DNA of 63,871 nucleotides, counting the filler, from Octopus bimaculoides (Eukaryota), in assembly GCF_001194135.2 (NCBI RefSeq). It is 6 parts of 5 records of this genome, joined end to end, with 100 filler letters (N's around TTAATTAATTAA, not from the genome) between each part and the next. Parts side by side here need not be neighbours in the genome. Positions count along the whole stretch, not along the records: positions 37,957 to 61,159 come from NC_069009.1; positions 61,260 to 63,871 come from NC_068983.1; 4 more parts are not named here. One strand, 5' to 3'. Each line of letters begins with the position of its first letter. Within the stretch, counting starts at the first letter, position 1. Below the pieces are notes generated by a model. That model searched no databases. It saw nothing but the letters and a program-made list of their open reading frames with translations, and was not told the DNA's origin. This document shows, piece after piece, positions 56,740 to 63,871 of the stretch. Position numbers and translations under genes: made by a program.

Positions 56740-56993
56740 CAGGTCTAGTAGTGCTTTTGGTAGGGTTCATAGGTGTCTGGGGAAACAAATTAAAGTTAAG
56801 GTATATAATACATGCGTCCTCCCATCTTTGCTCTATGGAAGTGAGGCATGTGTCGTGTACCGTAGGCAGGTAAGGCAATTGGAACGATTTCATCAATACT
56901 GTCTGAGAAAAATTGGGGGGATAAACTGGAAAAGGGCTATTAGTAATGTGGAAGTGCTTAAGAGGAGTGACAGTAGCAATATAGTGTCAATGA
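56740..56993 (+). mobile_element. RTE (BovB-like) LINE fragment inside an LRR cassette intron
   Basis: KVYNTCVLPSLLYGSEA...LERFHQYCLRKI.GINW...SNVEVL. Confidence 0.85.
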
Positions 56994-57090
56994 TCTACTT
57001 TCTATCCCTTCTATCATCTAATAATTTATCAAAACGTCTGTCATAAATATGTTCTATACAATTCCTTCTTAAATCAATTTTATGTTCCAG

Positions 57091-57162
57091 ATACTTGAAT
57101 TATAATGACATCAGAGAAGTCAAAGCCGATACCTTCCAAAATCTGTCCAGTTTAACATATAT
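57091..57162 (+). CDS. LRR exon (YLNYNDIREVKADTFQNLSSLTY-I)
   Basis: ttttatgttccag acceptor, 72 bp, gtaagttg donor. Confidence 0.92.
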
Positions 57163-57359
57163 GTAAGTTGAATCAGTCTTCTTTTACAGTATTTCAGTGA
57201 CGAAATTGTGTACAATCTATCTCCGTCCAATGTGTAAAATCTATGTCTGTCCAAAGTTTATTCATGTCTGTGAATGAGTGAGGGTACATTCCTTATATTT
57301 GGAAAATATGAGTGTGTGACAATGAAGAAGAAAAATTAGTGCATACATGTTTATGTATA

Positions 57360-57405
<46 letters not shown>

Positions 57406-57832
57406 TTTGTGTGAGTCTGTTTGTGTATGGATGTGTGCATGCGAGTGTATCAAAATGTATATGTAATTCGGTCTGTATATCATGTGCGGTGTTTACGCCT
57501 CCATCACCACTGATTACCATCCTAACCTCTTCTTCTTCTTCTTCTTCTTCCCCGTATTCTTTTCTACTTCTTTTTCTTCTTTTCCTTCGTTTTCTCTTCA
57601 TCTTTTTCTTCTTCTACTCCTCCCGTTCTTCCACCTTCTATTCTTCTTGTTCTTGTTCTTTTTTCTTTTTCTACTCTTACCTCTCTTCTTCCACCTCTTC
57701 TTCTTCGTTTTCTTCTTCTTCTCCTCATTCTTTGCCCTCTTTTTCTTATTCTGACTTTGACCTTTTCTTTCACAATTCCTTCATATTTCCAATGGGAATT
57801 CATTCACAGAGATATGAGTATTTAAGGCGGCG

Positions 57833-58580
57833 AGCTGGCAGAAACGATAGCACGCCTTTCATCCTTTCAGGGTCGATTAAATAAGTACCAGTTACGTACT
57901 GGGGTCGATGTAATCGACTTAATCCGTTTGTCTGTCCTTGTTTGTCCCCTCTATGTTTAGCCCCTTGTGGGCAATAAAGAAATAGGTAATTCGTCTGCCG
58001 CTACGTTCTGAGTTCAAATTCCGCCGAGGTCAACTTTGCCTTTCATCCTTTCGGGGTCGATTAAATAAGTACCAGTTACATACTGGGGTCAATANNNNNN
58101 NNNNNNNNNNNNNNNNNNNNNNNNNNNNNNNNNNNNNNNNNNNNNNNNNNNNNNNNNNNNNNNNNNNNNNNNNNNNNNNNNNNNNNNNNNNNNNNNNNNN
58201 NNNNNNNNNNNNNNNNNNNNNNNNNNNNNNNNNNNNNNNNNNNNNNNNNNNNNNNNNNNNNNNNNNCGCCTTTCATCCTTTCAGGGTCGATTAAATAAGT
58301 ACCAGTTACGTACTGGGGTCGATGTAATCGACTTAATCCGTTTGTCTGTCCTTGTTTGTCCCCTCTATGTTTAGCCCCTTGTGGGCAATAAAGAAATAGG
58401 TAATTCGTCTGCCGCTACGTTCTGAGTTCAAATTCCGCCGAGGTCAACTTTGCCTTTCATCCTTTCGGGGTCGATTAAATAAGTACCAGTTACATACTGG
58501 GGTCAATATAATCGAATTAATCCATTTGTCCTTCTTTGTCCGCTCTGTGTGTAGCTCCTTGTGGGTAGTAAAGAAATAAG
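57833..58580 (+). mobile_element. SINE family C sequence repeated around an N-gap
   Basis: Essentially identical units at 57857-58094 and 58267-58510. Confidence 0.75.
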
Positions 58581-58685
58581 GAGCTATGAGTATCTTTGTG
58601 TGTAGAGCAGCCCCCATAATTTGTAGATATACATGTACTACTCTCTCAGCCTCTCTCTCAATTTTTCTCTCTCTTTCTTTGTATA

Positions 58686-58784
58686 TACTTTCCTTCTCAT
58701 TTTCCTACTTTCCTTCTCATTTTCCTACTTTCCTTCTCATTTTCCTACTTTCCTTCTCATTTTCCTACTTTCCTTCTCATTTTC
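58686..58784. repeat. 20-bp minisatellite (tactttccttctcattttcc), about 5 units
   Basis: Read directly. Confidence 0.85.
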
Positions 58785-59408
58785 TTTGTTAAATTTCTCA
58801 ATCATGAACATCGTCAAGTTCATCATCGTCTGCTTCGTCATTAACATCATACATTACCACAAAATACCATCATCAGATGCAGAAACTTCAACACTTTTAT
58901 CATCATCTCCAACAGTAACATCCCCACCAACATTATCACAATCAATATCATATTCAGCATCACCATAGACACGCTAATCCCCATTATCATCAGAATAATC
59001 AACATTAACAACATCAGCCACAACAACAGCATCATAACATCATCGTCATCAGCACTGCCAGCATATATTCTTCTCTGTCTCATCATCATATTCATCACTA
59101 CCACCACCACCACCACCACAACGTTCGCTACCAACTCTACCACCATTATTTTATTATCCTACTCAACCTTATCAACATCATCGTCATCAACATCATCATC
59201 GTCATAAACATCATCGTCATCAACGTCATCATCTTCGCCATCTTCTTCATTGAATTAACCATCAACGTGATCTATTTTCCATCCCTTCCATCATAGAATT
59301 GTTTAGCCGAAATTTTGTCCCATCTCTTCCATGATAGAATTGTTTAGCCGAAATTTTGTCACAAATATATTCTATACAAATCCTTTTTAACTCAATTTTA
59401 TGTTTCAG

Positions 59409-59480
59409 ATCTTTGAGTTCTAATAAAATCCAGGAAATCAAGGCAGACACCTTCCGAAATGTGACCAGTTTAACATTTAT
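59409..59480 (+). CDS. LRR exon (SLSSNKIQEIKADTFRNVTSLTF-I)
   Basis: ttttatgtttcag acceptor, 72 bp, gtaagttg donor. Confidence 0.92.
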
Positions 59481-59740
59481 GTAAGTTGAATCATTCTTCT
59501 TTTATAGTATTTCGTTAACAAATATATTTCTAAATCTGTAATATCTTCTCATCGTTAGTTTATGCTCCCTCACCCGTCTTTGTGAATCTCTGTGTGTCAG
59601 TGTGTGCCCATTTCTTGGATATGGCATGTATGAGATCGTGTAAAATCTGTCTCTGATCAAAGCCTGTGAATGTGAGAGAGTCTCCATTCCTCACAAATAT
59701 GGTCTATACAATTCCTTCTTAACTCAATTTTATGTTCCAG

Positions 59741-59812
59741 AGATTTGAGTGATAATAATATCACGGAAATCAAAGCCGACACCTTCCGAAATCTGTCCAG
59801 TTTGACACATCT
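59741..59812 (+). CDS. LRR exon (DLSDNNITEIKADTFRNLSSLTH-L)
   Basis: ttttatgttccag acceptor, 72 bp, gtaagtta donor. Confidence 0.92.
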
Positions 59813-60163
59813 GTAAGTTAAATCAGTCTTTTTTATTGTATTTCATTGAAGGTGTATTTTTTAAACTGTAATATATTTTCATCCTTCATCTTAAGTTACC
59901 TCAGCCGTCTTTCCAAAAATGAGTTTTATTGGTTGTGAATCTGTGTGCGTGAGTGTGTGTCCATTTCATACACATAAGCTATATGAGAATGGGATACTTC
60001 AGTGGAACCATTTAGCGTGTGGAACCATTTATGTGTATGTCTCAGTGTATGTATAGAAACTGTCTCTGTCCAAAACGTGTGTTAGTGTTCATGAATGTTT
60101 AGTAAAAATTCTGTCACAAATATATTCTGTACAATTTCATCTGAACTCAATTTTATGTTCCAG

Positions 60164-60235
60164 ATATTTGAGGACTAATGGTATCATGGAAATCAAATCA
60201 GACACATTCCGAAATCTGTTCAATTTAAGAGAACT
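60164..60235 (+). CDS. LRR exon (YLRTNGIMEIKSDTFRNLFNLRE-L)
   Basis: ttttatgttccag acceptor, 72 bp, gtaagttg donor. Confidence 0.92.
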
Positions 60236-60720
60236 GTAAGTTGAATCAGTCTTCTTTGATAGTATTTTATTGATGATATATTTCTAAATCTGTGATACCT
60301 TCTCATCCTTCTTTTTAAGCTCCCTTACCTGTCTTTCCAAAGATGTGTTTTACTGGTTATGAATCTGTGTGTGTGTGAGTGTGTGCCTATTTCTGAGTGC
60401 GGATCACTGGGCATTCATGTGGATATGAGTATATTTGTGTGTGTATCAGCACTTATAATTTATATATATATTTGTGTGCCTCTCTCTCTATCTATCTGAC
60501 CCTCTCCCCTTCTCTCTCTCTCTCTCTTTCTTTCTCTCTCTCTCTGATTATATATATACATATATTCTTGTTTGTGTGTGTGCACGCGCGTGTAAATAGC
60601 AGTGATAATTATCAGCCATGTGTTCTACTTTCCATTCCTTCCACTATCGAATTGTTTAGCCAACATTCTGTCACAGATATATTCTATACAATTCCTTCTT
60701 AACTCAATTTTATGTTTCAG

Positions 60721-60792
60721 ATATTTAAGTTCTAATAAAATCAAGGAAATCGAAGCAGACACCTTCCGTAATCTTTCCAGTTTGAGACATCT
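60721..60792 (+). CDS. LRR exon (YLSSNKIKEIEADTFRNLSSLRH-L), last one visible
   Basis: ttttatgtttcag acceptor, 72 bp, gtaagttg donor. The end of ORF 60602-60796 shows the same peptide. Confidence 0.92.
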
Positions 60793-61124
60793 GTAAGTTG
60801 AATCATTATTTTTTTATAGTATTTCGTTCACGATGTATTTCTAAATCTGTAATACCTTCCCATCCTTCATTTTCTGCTTCCTCACCCCGTCTTTCCAAAG
60901 ATGCGTTTTATTGGTTGTGAATCTGAGTGTGTGAGTATGTGCCAATTTCTTACACATGGGATGTATGAGAACGTGATAGTTCAGGGGAACTGTCGTGTGT
61001 AAGTGTGGATTAATGTAACATCACGGGAATTTGAGTATGTATTGGTGCGTATCAGCCCTCATAATTTGTACATATATATGTATACCACTCTCTCTGCTTC
61101 CCTCTCAATCTCTCTCTCCCTCTT

Positions 61125-61159
<35 letters not shown>

Positions 61160-61259
61160 NNNNNNNNNNNNNNNNNNNNNNNNNNNNNNNNNNNNNNNNN
61201 NNNTTAATTAATTAANNNNNNNNNNNNNNNNNNNNNNNNNNNNNNNNNNNNNNNNNNNN

Positions 61260-61295
<36 letters not shown>

Positions 61296-63379
61296 TAATG
61301 ACGGGTTTTCGTACAGGTTCCGTTTACCAAATTCTGCGAAGAAGGTATTCGTCACTGTCATAGAAACCTGCCCCGGATGCTATTTTCGTGACTGGATCTC
61401 TGATCTTCGGAGCAATTATTTTTTAAAGTAACTCTCTCTTCCCACCATTTTATCAATGACCCTTTCATTCTTAATGTTTTTCTCTTATCCAAGGCAATTC
61501 TGTTTCTTCTATTCACAAATTGTTCCTTACTAGGGTATTTGATATTTTGATTAGTGTACTGTATTTCCTTTTTAACTACATAAATTAGGACTCGCCAGAT
61601 TCCGTTCCGATATCTGTAGTATATTCAGCGATGATGTATGCAATAATTTCTTGATATTGCTTATATCCTCAGCCCACGTAGTTTGAAATCGTCATAAGCA
61701 GTGACGAAATAACATGTGCAGCATTGACAAAATATCCAGCCGAAAGCCTGTTTGATAGTATATGTTTGATATCATATTTAATTAATTTGTTCTCAGTTCT
61801 GAAAAGTGGAGTACCATACCATTGTTACTTGCGTAATACTTGTTAGTCGTAGGTCTGAGACCTTGGTAAACCCTTATGCTTAAATAATCCACCTGTGTGT
61901 ATCTTGGATGTCTTTAGCCTGATCTACTTTGTCGCAAGTAGTGATGTCAAGTCGTCGGCTGAGGTTAACATCTTCCTTCTTTCCCACTGGTCTCGAAGTC
62001 AGTGTCCATGGTCTTAGGAAAGATCATGGGCACTGCCTTTCCTCTCAAATAAAAAGATATAAAAAAAAGAAACTAGGAAATATTTAGTAGTGTAGCATCT
62101 CTACACAAACTTTCTCAAGATTTCTTTTTCACCTTGCGCCATTTTATTAAGCTCAGAAGGTGACGACCTTAACGATAAGGTCCAGAAAATTATATTAATA
62201 CTTCCACAAGTTCGACAATTAGATATTTAATCAATAATAGTTGGAAGTGGGATAAACAAGTAAAGGTTTAGGAAAAATACACAAATACATATTAATTACT
62301 AGCTGGAACACCGTGTCTTGTTATGCAACCATCAAGGTTTCTTAAGTCAATACTGTGTCCTATCGCGTTGGTTGTGCGATTCAACCACTTTTTAATGTCA
62401 TCATCAAAAATTTTCTGTTGAAATTAGTGCCAACATTGAAAGTTACGTCATTTCGTATACGAATATACGTCCAAGTAAACAATGCGATCGAAGATAGAAA
62501 AATAGGTAGGTAACGGCCACATATGCCTATTTCAGTTCTTGCACATATATATGCACAAGAACTAAACAAAATCAAAGGTAAAAAGATCTGGGAGGTTATG
62601 CTCACCTCTAAATATACGTAAGTAAATGATAAAAAAGTTACTGTGTTAATAGTATGTCCAAATATTACATATATATACACATTTTACATATATATACACA
62701 TAGGTACACGTATCTAGAAATAAAACAACCGGAGTAAAAAATAACAGAAGCAAATAGATATAATCAAATGTCGAGAAAATTCCCTTGAGCTGTGTCTATA
62801 AGGTTTATTATTAAGTGAGGTATTTTGACGTAAGTCACAGGCTACTAAATTATTATAATTCTCTTGTGTTGCAAAACAAGCTTCATTTAGATCTGATGAG
62901 CTATTATAAATAAACGCATCCGTATATATATGTGTGAGTGTGTGGGTGATTGTGTGTGTGTGTGTCTCTCTCTCTCTCTATATATATATAGATAGATAGT
63001 TTATATGTATGCACGTATATATATATATATATATNNNNNNNNNNNNNNNNNNNNNNNNNNNNNNNNNNNNNNNNNNNNNNNNNNNNNNNNNNNNNNNNNN
63101 NNNNNNNNNNNNNNNNNNNNNNNNNNNNNNNNNNNNNNNNNNNNNNNNNNNNNNNNNNNNNNNNNNNNNNNNNNNNNNNNNACACACACACACACACGCA
63201 CACACACACACACACATATATAAATATATATATATATATTTACAGCAAAAACAAAACTGACGGATACACACTCACACACACACACACATACACACGCGCG
63301 CGCAAGTATATTATATCAGCAGCAAAATGTCTGACAGAAACATACATGCATACATACATACGTACGTACGTGCGCAGAC

Positions 63380-63433
<54 letters not shown>

Positions 63434-63513
63434 ATAGTTATGTAGGCAGGTATGTAAGTAAGTAGATAGATAGACAGACAGGCAGACAAATAGATAGATA
63501 GACACACAGACAA

Positions 63514-63559
<46 letters not shown>

Positions 63560-63871
63560 TGATAGATAGATAGATAAATGCAAAAGTTTACATGTATCAT
63601 ACATACGAACCAAAACTTACACATAATTGCACTCCGTTAAGAAGAGACGAGAAATGATCAAATAAGAGAGGCAACATATGTATTTTAGGATAGCAAGTAA
63701 TATTATCATTATATACGTGTATACACATGGAAAAAATGAGTACCTCTATATGTAAATATATGTATGTATGCATGTACGTATTTACGTGTGTTTGTATGTA
63801 TGTATGTATGTATGTATGTATGTATGTATGTATGTATATGTATGTGTTTGCATATATATATATATATATAT

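Larger units (their letters stand above)
56190..61120 (+). repeat. Tandem exon-plus-intron cassette array (about 330-560 bp where uninterrupted)
   Basis: Shared upstream intron (tctactttccatcccttcc...attctgtcacaaatatattctatacaattccttcttaactcaattttatgttccag) and shared downstream intron (gtaagttgaatcagt...tatttcattgacg...tttctaaatctgtaat...ctccctcacccgtctttccaaagat) around six exons. Partial copies also at 52752-53050 and 54570-54666. Confidence 0.9.

Noticed and set aside
57833-58580. Apparent tandem SINE array
   Set aside because: Near-identical sequence either side of an N-gap probably reflects unmerged overlapping contig ends.
8926-61215. TTAATTAATTAA embedded in N-runs at 8926, 12462, 21930, 37901 and 61204
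   Set aside because: An identical motif always centred in gaps is a scaffolding spacer artifact, not biology.

Overview
AT-rich, microsatellite- and gap-laden animal genomic DNA. The SINE/LINE/Penelope/mariner repertoire and the (TA)n/(TAA)n load suggest an octopus draft assembly; that is an inference, not a lookup. About 50 kb is repeat debris. The one clear gene is on the + strand from about 50912 to at least 60792 and is almost invisible in the ORF track. It has a signal peptide + LRRNT exon (CDS 50932-51116) followed by eight 72-bp, phase-2/phase-2 exons, each encoding one 24-aa extracellular LRR. A ninth LRR exon very probably lies in the N-gap 54069-54569. Most LRR exons sit in a recently duplicated exon-plus-intron cassette. 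Their predicted ligand-facing residues vary while the rest of the repeat and the flanking introns are conserved. The C-terminus is not visible, so the receptor class is unresolved. Secondary observations: a minimal hammerhead-like motif in an intron, a CpG-poor block bounded by scaffold gaps, R4/Dong-type LINE tails inside (TTA)n tracts, and a decayed full-length mariner.
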